Assembly: GCA_964304625.1 (NCBI GenBank)
Contig: OZ199838.1
Location: 798,681 to 854,592, forward strand
Origin: Kudoa neothunni
Taxonomy: Eukaryota; Animalia; Cnidaria
Direction: 5' to 3'
DNA length: 55,912 bases
Both the position numbers and the translations under genes were made by a program. Each line of letters opens with the position of its first letter. Positions within the stretch are counted from its first letter, which is position 1. Below the pieces are notes generated by a model. That model saw nothing but the letters and a program-made list of their open reading frames with translations. It was not told the origin of the DNA and ran no database searches. Positions 1-16,957 of the stretch are shown in pieces.

Positions 1-2977
<2,977 letters not shown>

Positions 2978-4672
2978 CAATTTAATTTCCGTTAATTTTT
3001 CTTATTATATAAATTGAATACACTCGTATACTCGTATGTTAGATTTAAAATATATTTCTTCTAATAGTGAATTTAATAATTTAACTATTAGGAAAGTCTT
3101 CTTATAATTTTCAATACGTGTTATCTCTATTCCAATATAAAAATATACATTTATGATGGAATTAAATGTATTATTGAAGGTTAAATTACATTCCTCGGTT
3201 TCATTATAGTTTTTTTTAAATTTTACCCTTCTTTTTTCTAATGTTGTAATTTTACTACTCGTTATGAACTTTATGGGTGCTTAATTTTATCTCTTGAGTT
3301 TAAAATTATTAAACCCAACCTGAAAATAAGGTCTTGTGATTGATATATGATAATAAGATAACAAGAAGTTGGTTTTTTATATAATACTTAGCGGAATATT
3401 CCGAGTCAGGTTATTCCAGAGAAAACATGTGAATAATTGATTTTTGACGATTTATTTCAGTATTTTTTTCAATTTTCACTTTAAAAGCTTATTGAACATA
3501 ATCTGTTCCATGGAAAAAGATAGCAGTGATGTCACTCGTTTTAAATGATTCTCAATTATCCCTTTACTTCTAATTTAGTAAATTTCAGGCTTAGCATATC
3601 AAGCCTTCGCTATGTAGTGATATTATTTATTTGTTCATGATTATTTTTATAATTTCATCTAATTAGCAAATATTGTAATTTTTAAATAAACGACCCATTC
3701 TAGATTCAAGGAATTTATACCAATTTCCTTGATTAATAATTATACTTAAAATTGGATATAGAAGAACCTACTATTTAATTATGTCTAGACGGATATTCAG
3801 GAAGCCATACAACCGTTATAATAAAACTTTCGATAAAATTAATAAATTTTATTATAAATACATCTAGATTGATATGTGAGGATAAATTACAAACATATTT
3901 TTCATAATTACTATCATTTTTTTCGCTAGTTACGAGAAATGACATATTGAGACGATTAACTTACTTTAAAATGATAAAATTAATTATGTTCCAAAAAGTA
4001 TAATTCATAATGGAATACAAGTGCCAAACGAATTTTTTACAAAGTTATTATTTATTAATAAAAAAATAATTTCCTAAATTTATATAATCCAATTATCTAT
4101 TTTCAATGTTAGTAATAATAAAATATGCCGTACATTAGTTGTATGAAGAAATTAATCCTTTCTGGGTTAATATGGAATTATTTGCGATCCCATAATAGAA
4201 TATTTTCTCATTCACACGTATAATAATTTGAATTTATGTTTGTTTCATAATATTTTAAATTTTTTTATCACAGTAATTTTATATTTTTCAAAAAGAATTA
4301 AATAAAGTTAACTTATTATTTCTTGTGTGTCATTGCCAACATATTACGACATAAGATCTAAAAATTTATTAATCCCAGTTTTAATAATTAGAAAACAGTA
4401 TCCTAATTATTGATAACAGAAAAATTCGTTAAGTAATTCTCTTAGGTAAATAATCCTATAATTTTGCGATAATTTTTCAACGATTCTGTGCACATGCGCA
4501 AATATAAATTTAGGTAATATTTCATTAAAATTTTTAATCACAATTCGATTTTTGTAATTGTAACATTGTATATTTTACCTAAAATATTATATACAATAAA
4601 CTTTAAATTAAAATTAGATATTTTCACAAAAATATGAAAGAAAAAACATAATATTAACGTCCTCAAAGAATA

Positions 4673-7600
4673 TTATAGGTTTACTTCGAAATTGTAACTA
4701 TGATCCTTCCTAGAGTATATCCAACGTTTTAGCTGCTTTCTTTTTAAAATCAGAAAGGATCCAATAATCACAATTAGCGCTAATATTATTCCGAGTAGAA
4801 TCCTAATTGATTTGTGAGAATCGTAAAAATAAACATTGTTACTTTATCTCTTCCTTTAATCTAAATTTATGTTATAATAATTCACTAAGAATTCAATAAC
4901 CTTGCCCAGGGATTTGAACTTTTGGCTTCACCTAAAAATGGATATTAAACCAAATATTAATTAAATATATTCTACCCATCATAATTTGAGCTAGTCCGAA
5001 TACGGTTTGATCTTCATTGTAATAAACTGTCAAAAGATAGCTTTGGTTTACGCTCACATTGTGGATGGAAAAACTAATACACCAAGGTAGCTGATTACCA
5101 CAATCATCCTTTGTAGGTTCGAAACATTGTTTTTCTAGGTAAAATTTACCAACAACAATTTTTCTCAATTCCCAAACGCATTTATCATCAGCGGTGGTTT
5201 TAATGTTGGGCGCTACTGCCTTGACCTTAAGTGTGTTTTCATGACGTTCCACCGAAACATTGATAATTTTCGATTTATTTTCTGGTCTTTCCGGTATTTT
5301 TGCTATAAATTTTAAAATTAATTTCATTCGCAAATTTAAAAAAAAACAAATAAAACTCATAATGATGTGAAATTCTTGATAAATTTGAGTTTAACGTGAT
5401 TACTTGGTGGATAATTCGTACAAATTCTTTCCGATATTTCTACATTAGGTGTTACACACATATTGAAATCGTCTAGTTGATTAAATCGATCAATAAATAT
5501 AAATTTTTCACAGGAGATTGACTCTAAACACGATACTAGATTTTCGTTAGCTCCCTCTAGGTTGGTCTCTGATCCCTCGTCGTTTATGGGACTCCCAGGT
5601 TTTATATCTATCGGACAATTATAAATCAAGGTGTATTCTCTTCCTTGTTTAACAAAAACTTCATAATGGCACAATATATTTGTAACATTTCCATATAAAA
5701 AGTTTCCATCTATTTCAATCCTATCGCTGGAATGGTTGTGTTCGAGTTGGAGACCTCCATTAACTATATATAGTAATAATTAACAATTTAATTAATAATT
5801 GTTAAACACATTTTATTATTAAATCCTCGTGCAGAATATTGAACACTAATTTAATTTCATAGTTGACTGTGGGAATAATTCCTGTTATTATACGTTCGTC
5901 GCTACACATATTAGGACAAGAATTATTGGAACAGGAGACTTCATGATAAAGGTGGCTATTCATTAGGCTAACATAGTAAGTACAAAAAGGTGACATCCTA
6001 ATAAATCTTGAAAAGTTTTCAGGTGGTATTATTTTAATATTTTCTTCCGTATCGGTCAACGAAAACTCGAATGGAAATGAAATAATATCACCCTCTTAAT
6101 TATTGATATAAAACAATAGAAATGAATGAATAATAGTTACTTTGTCTGTAATAGAATTTTTCTTCATACTCCGGAAAATCATCAATATCGGAGATCATTG
6201 AAAGTATATAAGGGACTGATAGAATAAATATATCCTGCAATGTAAGTAACGAACAAGAATCATCACAAGTCCGGTCGGACCCACAAAGCACATCATTCGC
6301 ATAATCAGGTTTGATTATATTGGCCTGATAATATCTAAATCGGCATCTATTATATTTTATTTCTTCGTTCGTAGGTTTAAAAAGTGTTGCATCTATAACC
6401 AAACCCTTTTCTTTATTTAATGGTATAATATCATTTGTTTTAGTTAGAATATTACTGAAAACTAAAAAAATTAAAATTGCATTTTTCTCATTAAAAATAC
6501 CAAATTTTGTATCCATATATCCTGAATCTGGATCAGTCAAATCTTGATGTCTTGATTTAATCAATATTTGCACGATAGAATATTTATGTCCTAGTTTTAA
6601 TCGAATATAACGAAATGGGCCGTAACATTCTTTAGAACTATCCGTGCCACATTTTGTATTATATTCCGCGGGGAATGTATTATTCTTAGCGAAATGTCTT
6701 ACGCTGAAATGAAAAATATCTGCGGTAAATGAATTATCGGGTATCATATCGTAGGTATGTTTTCCAGATATAAGTTCATACGTTATTCGAAATTGTGGCT
6801 TGTATATTTCAATATTATTTCGCATATATGAATTGGGTATGTGATATAAAAAAGAAGGAAAAGTTTCACATCTCATTTCAAAATATGTGAGCAACGTATC
6901 GAATGTGACCAGATTTTCTTTATTGTAATGTTCACAATCGATTCCCGCACCTCCATTAGCACAAATGATATTGCCACAATAGATAGGACACGAAAGTGGA
7001 GGGCATGTTTTGGTTTTTAATCGAAGACCTGAATAACTTGACTCTATTGTTATTTCCGGGCTGATAAGTATTGCTAATATAACACATAATGCATATTTCC
7101 ATTTAAATTAGTTACGAGTATGAAATCCGAATACGAATGTTTTGGTTAAACCGGAGGGGGTTGAACTTGTGTATACATAAACAAAGCGTTCTTTTGGTGG
7201 AAAAATATAAAAAGGCAAGTATTCTCCATCCCTGCATTTAAATCTCAAGATGGTTGATTTTTGTTTATCACCAATATCTTTCAGTGCATAGAATGTAGAT
7301 TCGCCTCTTTTAGTTATGATCATTCGACGCAATTCGCAAAATTTTTCTGGATCATCATTATCGTAGATTACAAAGTGTAGAAAATTTTCTTTTTTTATTT
7401 TTTCACCCGCATAAATCAACTCAACCGAATGATCGATTGTATAAGAACCTTTGAAAAGACTGCTCATATCTAAAGCAGAAATGTAAGTTATGAAAATAGA
7501 ACATTTGAAGAATACACAGAAGTAAACCGAAATATTTGGAATATAGTTCCATTGTCTAACACGATAACAATGATAGTTTTGATTTATCAATCTCGTTAAC

Positions 7601-7682
7601 AGTTTGATTAATATTTGTTAATTGGATTAATAATAAAATAATCCAATATAAATATATTAATTAAATTATTAATATCACCCAT
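4673..7682 (-). CDS. Cys-rich type-I membrane protein, paralogue 1 (about 10 exons; 5' end approximate)
   Basis: ORFs 7108-7590, 6100-6894, 5802-6059, 5357-5674 and 4932-5360 are exon pieces homologous to the two downstream copies. Last exon reads ILLGIILALIVIIGSFLIL-KRKQLKRWIYSRKDHSYNFEVNL* (TM plus short tail). A hydrophobic IYLYWIILLLIQL stretch lies near 7620-7660. Confidence 0.85.
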
Positions 7683-8879
7683 GATAAATCGTTCTGATCA
7701 GACAATTTCTACAGCTTCTATGAGTGTGATATTTAAAGTTAAATCATATACTGCCAAATATTTACCTTAAATTAGACATTATTTTGTGATCAATTTATGT
7801 TTAACATAAAATATATTATTTTTAATGATAACAATAATATTAATATTTATATATAAACTTTATTTTGACAAGAAAAAAACATTCAGAAAGAATATTTACG
7901 TATTTCCAAATATTAACAAAATATGTAAATTACTTAATCTTAATAATAATGTGAGAGATTTTTTAGCCAATTTTTATATTGTTTATAATCTAACAATAAT
8001 AGTTGTAAAGATTGTTCTAGTTAATATTCATAACATTATGACTAAAATAGCACAGGTAATCTATTTCGAGATAATAATAGTTTATACATATCTACATAGA
8101 TAATGATGTAATTTACTACTACTACTACCACTACTACTACCTTGGGGATTCTAATAAGATCAATTAATGACCTTTAATTACTACTTTTTGGATCCTTCGG
8201 GTGCTTTATCAATAGTCATATTAGTTATATTTATTCTTTAATATTTTCAATTTAATTTATGTTAACATAATTAAAATTATAAGATAAATTAATATTTATT
8301 GAAATATAATCTTTTAAAAATAATGAAAAATTAAAATATTTAGCAAATCAATTATTAATAATATTTATAGAAAATCAAATAAAATTAAACTACACAATAG
8401 AAGAAACAAGAAACCTCCTATTACGCACATGTATGTCAATGTGTAAACCAGGAATAGCAATTTCACACACTTTTTAAAAACCTACTTATTTAGAATATTG
8501 ATTGGTCATTATTTATATAATGTTTCTTATAATTTTTTAAACAAAATATTTATAAAAATTATTTAAAAAGTTGCGAAATAAAGTAACGATGAGTCACGTG
8601 ATTTGCCAATTTCTTGTACTTCATGTTTATTATTTAGTTAAGTCGATATTTAATGACAAGAAACTTCTATAACTATATCTATTGCCTAATAGTACAATAT
8701 TACTTTATTATTAATTCTTATTTATCATTAATTATTACGAAAGCCACTAAACTAATGACCCAAAAACTGCCTCTGTATCACGTTTAAAATATCTTTTATC
8801 CCGACTCTCCATGACATCGTAGAGATGAAAAATAAAATGATCAAAACCTATAAGTATTTTTATAATCTAAAAATAGAAA

Positions 8880-9220
8880 TTATTTGCATGCAGGGTAATT
8901 TCATTCTGTTGATGACGATATACATATGAGTGGATTGCGTGGGTATGAAGCAAAAAGATTGTGGTAAACGCCGTCAGAATAGTCAATATGAGAAATTAAT
9001 TATTCGATGAAAAGGGTTTACCTTCATGTGCAATTCGTGGTGGGTTTCGTTATTTCAAAAATAGTTCCAACATTTAAAGATAAAATTTTATTAAATATTT
9101 TGCGGGTGCTATTCCTGAAACTATTTCAGAGTGAATCAATCAAAACAGAACATTTTTTAAGACACTGAAAATTTTATTTCCAATGTAGACGAAACTGCCT
9201 TATTCTATCAATAGCAACGA
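8880..9220 (+). mobile_element. pogo/Tigger-like transposase relic
   Basis: Fragments read GGFRYFK (cf. GWFxRFK) and ISNVDETALFYQ (cf. IFNxDETGLFW, first catalytic Asp), with stops and frameshifts. Confidence 0.55.
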
Positions 9221-10659
9221 GGGGAATATTTCACATAATGTTGAAAAATAGTTTTTTGATGTTAAGGGGTTTACCGAGTTTTAATTACCTTTCAAAAATT
9301 ATTATATAGTTAACTGACCTTTTTAAACGCAACTTAATCATTATTAAATGTCAATTTCTTCTGAAATAATTGCGCGCGTACGTGAAATTGGTTCCTTATT
9401 GTATTTTACTAAATAGCCTGTTTTATGTTTAATAATACATTGAAATAACTACATTCAGCTACAAATATTAAATTAATATGATCTAATACAATTTCTAACT
9501 TTTAATCGTATAATCGTCTAATCTCTAAGTTGAGATAAAATTTCGTTATATTTTAAAAATTAAAAATTTGAAGTTATCTATAGAGATGATCGTTTAATAC
9601 GGTTTAAATAAATTATTCACATTTTATTTATTAATTTAAAAAATAAATTCCATTGGATTTAATATTTTAAGTGTATCGATTTAAAACTGGATAAAATTCG
9701 CAAAGGCATTATAACAATCAATCCATTCATTGATATATCAGTGTTATTTGTTAAAAAATTCACCCTTCGACATTCCCAATATGGCATGATCTATTTTCCT
9801 GTGAAACACACTGCAGAAAATATAAATAAAACCTACACGGACTTTTGTAGTAAATTTCCACTTAACAATCATGATCCAAGAATTTTTTGTGACTCTGCAA
9901 CAAACAATCTATCAAGTCTAAGAGAGTTCAACACAATCAGGTGTACTTCTCGTCGCCTTCGCATTATTATATCTCAAGTTATTTTATGTAATAAATTTAT
10001 GTAAAAATTTTTGCATGTAATCACTTTTGAAAAAAAATTTAGAATTAATACCAAAGATCCCTGAATCTTCGAAAAGTCACCAATATGTTTTGAACTTGAT
10101 AGTGACTCAGAAGATTTTCGATCAGAAATTCAACTGTACGCCCAAGAAAAAGTCAACCAGCATCCAATTCAATGTCAGAGAGGGTGTTTTCATATGCTGG
10201 AAAAATGTTATCCAAATCTAGATATAGACTTGATCCAAACACATTAAGAAAATATATAGTCTACACTAATACTATTAAAAATAAGACATTTTTGGAGTAA
10301 AATTAACTCACTCCTCTCCATTATGTGTTATTTGTCATGATCTCAAAAACTAACTGAACAGACCTAACTTAGCCACTTAAAATTCACTTCTAATTATTAG
10401 ACTTATAGAATTAGGGTTTGAAAGTATTTTTATCATTCTATAAAACGTCTAGATAAATTTGACTATAGCATTACTTAATATAGCGATCATCTGTTTTGTA
10501 AATAGAGGTAATTATCTCTGAAAAAAGAACACTGAGATCAAATTTTTATTTGGTATTAAAATAAGAAATTATGGCATATGAGGTAACATACCTCAAAAAA
10601 TTTATAGATCAAGATAATGATCGTAATTGTTTATATACAATGCGTCATACTTTTTTTCT

Positions 10660-12140
10660 CAAAATTTTATATTAACTTCATATCTAAGACCATTTTGGTA
10701 ATTGCAAAGTATGTGGTGACACTTAAAAACGCCCTTTTGCGCATGTTTTTCGAATTTCTATTTTTCACGATTGTCCATAATAAAATAAAAGAATAAGGAG
10801 AAAAAAATTAGCCTAAAATAACAACCTCAAAATTTTCAGAATTTTTCATCCGAACGCGATCGGATACACGTGTAATCTCCATCTTTTTTTCAACAAACAT
10901 AGAATTTCTCTCTAATTTGTTTTGATATCCACTCATAAGTTGGTTATTTATCATATTATCTAGCATATAAACATAAATTTTACAATATCAGATTTATCTA
11001 TACATGTTTTAATTGGTTATAATTATGAATAGTTTAAAAACGAGGACAACCACGTATTCTCAAAATGCATTTTCTTAATTTTCTTAGAACTGTTGAGTTT
11101 TTTTTTTAATAATACATCAAAATTACATTTTAGATAAACATTTAATTTCCATAGGTAAGTAAATTAAGGTTGATTACACGAAGTTATTATTTTATAGGAA
11201 ATTTTCTTAGGTTTGTGTTTAGTATAATATTCGATTGACGTAAAAATGTTGTTATTTCAATATATTTATTAGTTTTAGTCATGTATATATATACACCGAT
11301 AAGAATAATAACCTTAGTTAATATATTGTATTTTTGTACTGTAATATTCTTAATTCATATATTTGGGAAATTTTTTTATTACTACATTTTGACATATATA
11401 AAAACTTACAAAACAATACAAATATACCTTAACATTTTTTCCTTAATATTTTCAAATATTACAATTTTAAAAAATTTAGTTTCCGAATTTTAATAATAAA
11501 ACTTAAATAAATTCTCAATTTTTAATAAAAAATTTACTTAAAAAAATTATAAACTAAAACTAATTGTAAAACATCAACATATATTTTTAAAAATTTAAAA
11601 AGTATTTTCATTATAGAGAAAAATGAGATTTTTTGGTGAAACACGCCATAAGTTTGTTCTTAAAGTTAGTCCATATCAAATTGTTATATATCAACAGTTA
11701 AAAATCTAAATAGTAATAATAAATAACTTTGTAGTTAACAACTAAAAAAACGAATAAATTCAATGTTGTTGAAAAAAAGATGGAGATTACACGTGTATCC
11801 GATCGCGTTCGGGTGAAAAATTCGGAAAATTTTGAAGTTATTATTTTAAGCTAAATTTTTATTCACCTTATTCTTCTATTTTATTATGGACAATCGTGAA
11901 AAATAGAAATTCGAAAAACATGCGCAAAAGGGAGTTTTTAGGTGTTGCTGTGGCCTATCCATATCTTAACAGTAGTGCGTAATCGTGCGCCGGCGCTATG
12001 ATCCACAGTCAGCTAATAAGGTCCCGCCACTTTTAGCTTTGAAGGTCATGGGTTCAGTGCTCGTCTCCGACTTCACATACTTTACCACTATCCTCGCACA
12101 CGACACTCACAAATGGTTTCGTTCGTGGTTATAAATATGA
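10660..12140. mobile_element. Non-autonomous foldback/MITE-like element with long inverted repeats
   Basis: 10718-10905 is a close reverse complement of 11757-11946 (shared core cgaacgcgatcggatacacgtgtaatctccatcttttttt). Weaker symmetry extends outward (aaagtatgtg/cacatacttt; cttcatat/atatgaag). The centre is very AT-rich. Confidence 0.8.
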
Positions 12141-13614
12141 AGAAAACTCCGGATTCCCACCCAATTTTTGAGATTTAAATAAATATTTCTACTAAAATTT
12201 AATTGAAAAAGGCCGTATTATTTAAAAGTAAAGCAAATATAATTAAAATGAATATAATTGATAATAAATTGAATGTTTTGACTTTCTTATTGTTTTTAAA
12301 CAATAATTATGTCAAAACGAGACTCTTTATTAACCCAAGATATGCATAAATCATAATTTATGAAGGAACAAATATATACGAATAGTTACGCTTTCGCGGG
12401 AGGTTATTTTTTTGCAGTCATTTGTTTTTGGTATAAATTTAAAAATCGAATGTGAAAATAAACATTAAACTTATTCTCGAGTGTAAGGTTTTAGTTTTTA
12501 TAATTTTTGAGTGCCTATTTATTCTAATGTGAAATGTAAAAATCTAAAATTATTAAACAAGCAATAAAAAACATGATCTTAAATACTAATTAAAGTATAA
12601 TTCTTATTCGAATTATAGTTTACTTAAACAATATGAAACACAATTTTTAAGAATCCAACCGATTCTTAATGAAGATTTTATAATTTGTTGATCAAACATA
12701 TTGCAGCCTTGATTTGGCACGAATCACACATGATATATTTTGAGCTAGATTCTTATTACTCAGGATCGGTTAATTACTTTTAAAAAATGCTTGGCTATAG
12801 AATTTTTTCGCTGACTCAATGTGTGAGTCATCGACCCCTAGTTACTGTCTCTCCCACCCTTTAGAGGTCCAAGAAGCTGTTTTAAACCAATATATTCACC
12901 CAGGTAAATGTATAATTAAACAAACAATTTAATAATTTATTTATAAAATTAAATATAGTGTATCTTAAAAAGAAAATTTGTTAACCAACAAAATCTGCCT
13001 TCAGAAAATAATTTTCAAATTATCTCTATTTCCCTATTCTAAATTAGTCTTATTTTTATACTTCTTTGCTGATTTGTATCATTAATCGTACACTATCTAC
13101 ATCACACCAAAAACGTAATATTTTATGCATATATTTTTGTTATTTTGGCTATTTATTTCCTATAATAAATATACATTTGTTTTATTTAATTTATGGCAGA
13201 AACAAAACTCAGTTAAAATGTATTCGGAAATAATAATCTTCGAATAAAATTAAATAAGATCAGTTATCATACATAAAAACGTATCACAATTAATAATAAT
13301 TCTATTAATTAGTTTTAATTCTAGATTATTTATAATATATTTTAAAAAGAATCATAAGAATTCCAATTTAAAATTTTTTAAACTACTTTATGCAAAAAAT
13401 TAACTTTTTTGTATACATAATACACTAAAAGCTTGATTACTCCCTTTTTATTACAATATAGAAAATAAGTTAAAAAAATATTTACTCAGAGAGAAAAGAT
13501 AACGATATACTAATAAATAAATATTCTCAATTGCTGCGAAGGGAGTCACAGTATTGAACAACATCTCACTAAATCATTTTAAAAATTCGTTAATGGTTTT
13601 GTTAGTAATATTAT

Positions 13615-16488
13615 TTATAGTTCGGCTTCAAATAGATAGTCGTGGTTTTTCCTTGATGTTATCCATCGTTTGATTGACTTGCGCCAAATTATTAGGGCCA
13701 AAACAAGTATCACTACTGGAACACACACGCCAATGATGATCCTTTAAAATATTGTTAAAAAAATAAAAACATCCCTTTACTTGATATATAATTTATTACT
13801 AAAAATAAAATAAACTTTGGTCATAAAAAATTATACTACCTATTCCATGGATCTATGCTTTCAGTTGCACCTAAATTAATTTCGGTTTATCAATCGAATA
13901 ATTAAATGAACTAACCTTGTTCAATTTTGGCTACTCCAAATTTATTTTTGTCATCATTGTAATAAACTGTCAAGAGATAGCTGTAATTTGTGTTTATGTC
14001 CATAATAGAAAAATCCAAGCATTTAGGAAGCTCAGAATCACAATCATCCTTATGCGCTTCGTAGCATTTTTTTTCCAGAGGATATTTACCCAAAACTATT
14101 TTTCTTAATTCCCAAAGACATTTTGACTCGGGATCACCAATTCCTTGAGGAAGAACAGCGATGACTTTGAATAAATTTTTGTAAAGTTGGAATGAAACAT
14201 TAATAATTTCGGACGCTTTATTCGGTCTATCTGGTATTTTAACTAAATAAGTTAAACATAATAAAACAAGGTTGGTCCAAAATTACGTGTTGGAAATATT
14301 TTGCATTTCTTTTCAGATATTTTTAAGTTAGGTTTCACACAGACAAGATACTCCTTGGTTTGGATGTATTGACCGGTAAACGAATATTCTTCGCATGAGA
14401 AAGGAGCATTACAATGTTCCACCATCTTGTTTGGTCCTAATTAAACACAATGAGGTCTCTCTTCATAATTTTGAACATATTTGGATACCAGCAGGTGAAC
14501 AATCGTAAATCAAATTGAAATTTCTGAATTCTCTAGCAAAAACTTCATAATGACACAATACATTGGAAGCTTGTTCATAAGGAAAATATCCGGCTATTAC
14601 AATGCCCTTATTCTTGTGGATGTAATTCAATTGCAGAGCTCCATTAACTAATAATGATTATAAATCAATTATTAGAATTTAAATATTAATAAAATACAGT
14701 TTAATATCATATCCTCATGTAGAATATTGAAAACTAACTTTATTTCATAATTTGCTGTAGGAGTGATCCCCGTAATTATACGTTCATCATCACACATATT
14801 GGGACAAGAGTTATTCACACAGGTTGCTTCATAAAAAAGTTTGCTTCTCATAAGGCTGATATAGTATGTACAAAAGGGGGACATTTTAATCAATCTTGAA
14901 AAATTTTTAGGAGGTTTTATATGTATATTTCCTTCCAAAAAGGATATCTTGAACGGCGATGATAGTTCTAAGCCCTCTAAAAATTCACCTTATTCACATA
15001 ACTGAAAAAAGTTGACAATTACTTTGTTTAAAAAATATCTTTTCCTCATACGGCAGAAAATTATTTATATCAGATTGCATTGAGAATATATAAGGGACAG
15101 ATACAATAAAGGTATCCTCTAATGTCAAAAGAGAACAAGTATCATCACAAGTTTGTCCAGAGCCACATAATGCTTGATTTAATTTGGTCGGTTTGGGCAA
15201 ATTTGCTTGATAATATGTAATATTGCAAGTTTTGTATTTTACCCCTTCTTTAATGGGTTTAAAGTATGTTAAATTCAAAACAACGCTTGAATTATTAGTA
15301 GATGGAAAAAGGGCATTTCCAAAGGTTGCCAAGTTACTAAATACTTCAATACATTAAATTTTATAGTATTATCGTAAAGTACCATATTTTGTATTCATAT
15401 ATCCAGAATTGTGATTATTGATAACATGAAATCTGTTTTTTATCAATATTTGAACGACGGAATATTTATGTTGTAGGTTCAATTGAATATATCGACAAGG
15501 ACCATAACACTCGCTTGGTTTGGTCCTTCCACAATGTGTGTTATAGCCTACGGGGTATTCATTTAGCCTAGTCATTGGCCTTATACTGAAATGACAAATA
15601 TTTGCGGTGAACGCATTGTCGAATATAACATGATAAGTGTGCTCTCCAGATAAAAAATTATAGTTTACATGATACTGTGGCTTATATATCTCGAAAGTGT
15701 CTCGCATATATGAATTAGGAGAATGATAGAAAAAAGAAGGATAATTGTCACATTTCATTTCGTATGATATCATTGGATTAAATGAAACAATATTGTCTCT
15801 ATTGGTCATGTCACAAATGCTTGCAGGAGTGCCTTTGTTACATATTTTTCCACCACAATAAATAGGACATGGAACCGGAGGACAAGTTTTTGTATTGAAC
15901 TCAAGACCATTATAATCCCCTTCGATTGTTACTTCTGGGTTATTCAACAGCGCTATATATTTTTTAACTTTTGATTTTAAATTACACTCAGCTTACGGAT
16001 ATGAAGACCAAATACGATTGGATTATGAAAACTATGTAGGTTTGGCCCGGTAAGTGCCATGATGTAATGGTCTCTTGGAGAGATGTTATAGTATGGTATG
16101 TTTACAGCAGTTTTACAAACAGATGTGAATATATCTCCTTGCCATGCGTTCCAAAGTCTCTTCCATGTATAATGTTGGGTGCCGAGCCTTTTAGTTACTC
16201 TAAGTTTCTTTAGTTTGCAATATTTATTTAAATCGTTAGAATCCTTGAGCATGATTTGTACCCTAACATGCTTTTCTTTTTTTATTCTAACAATAGTGTA
16301 GGTGAGATTGATAGGTGGTTCAGCTGAATTAATGCAGTAACAATCATTGCTTAAATCTATATCCAACATAATAAAGTTGATTAAAACCATATAAAATAAC
16401 TACATAAAAGAATAACATAATGTATGACGCTTTGAGTTGATAGAAGCCCCATTTCGAATCACAATCACAATAATAATCAATAATTCAT
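13615..16488 (-). CDS. Cys-rich type-I membrane protein, paralogue 2 (possible lesions)
   Basis: ORFs 15977-16390, 15369-15947, 14994-15332, 14672-14938 and 13911-14093 are homologous exons. Signal-like LLIIIVIVIRNGAS lies 1 nt out of frame with the ATG at 16488. Last exon reads IIIGVCVPVVILVLALIIW-RKSIKRWITSRKNHDYLFEAEL*. A frameshift plus a TAA occur near 14440-14490. Confidence 0.85.
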
Positions 16489-16957
16489 ATTAACAATCTT
16501 ATTATATCCTTCAGAAATCCAATAAAGTGTATTTTCTTGATAACATAAAATTAGTAATAATATTATATACTTTTGAAATAATATCCAACTATTTATTTTT
16601 ATTAAGGTTAAGCTTTAGGAATTTTTAGTGAGAGATTGAACCAAAAAATAACGCGATATTGCAATATTGCTTATTTCTTTGGAATTTTAAATATTCAAGA
16701 AAATATTTTTATAGGATTATCAACTATTCCTTTGATTGTTCCGCCTACTTAATAATAATTATTCAATTAAAATAAGGCACTGGCTATCGACATGAAAGTT
16801 TTTATTCCAACCTGGCAAGTACACTTGCGTAGAACCTATTTTTAATCATGGAAACTCCTATTAATAGTTGACAAATAAAGTTTATTTTGTATGATCCTCT
16901 GTATTTAATTATATCATATCAATTTGGATATTGTGATGTGTGCTAATAACCACTTCC

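Noticed and set aside
9741-10221. Two short plus-strand ORFs in slightly GC-richer DNA
   Set aside because: Possibly a decayed TE, but I found no motif to support a call.
11281-11493. Hydrophobic short ORF; likewise 7825-8103, 29947-30165, 39892-40092, 40858-41106 and 45571-45753
   Set aside because: F/I/Y/K/N-rich translations expected by chance in AT-rich or MITE DNA.
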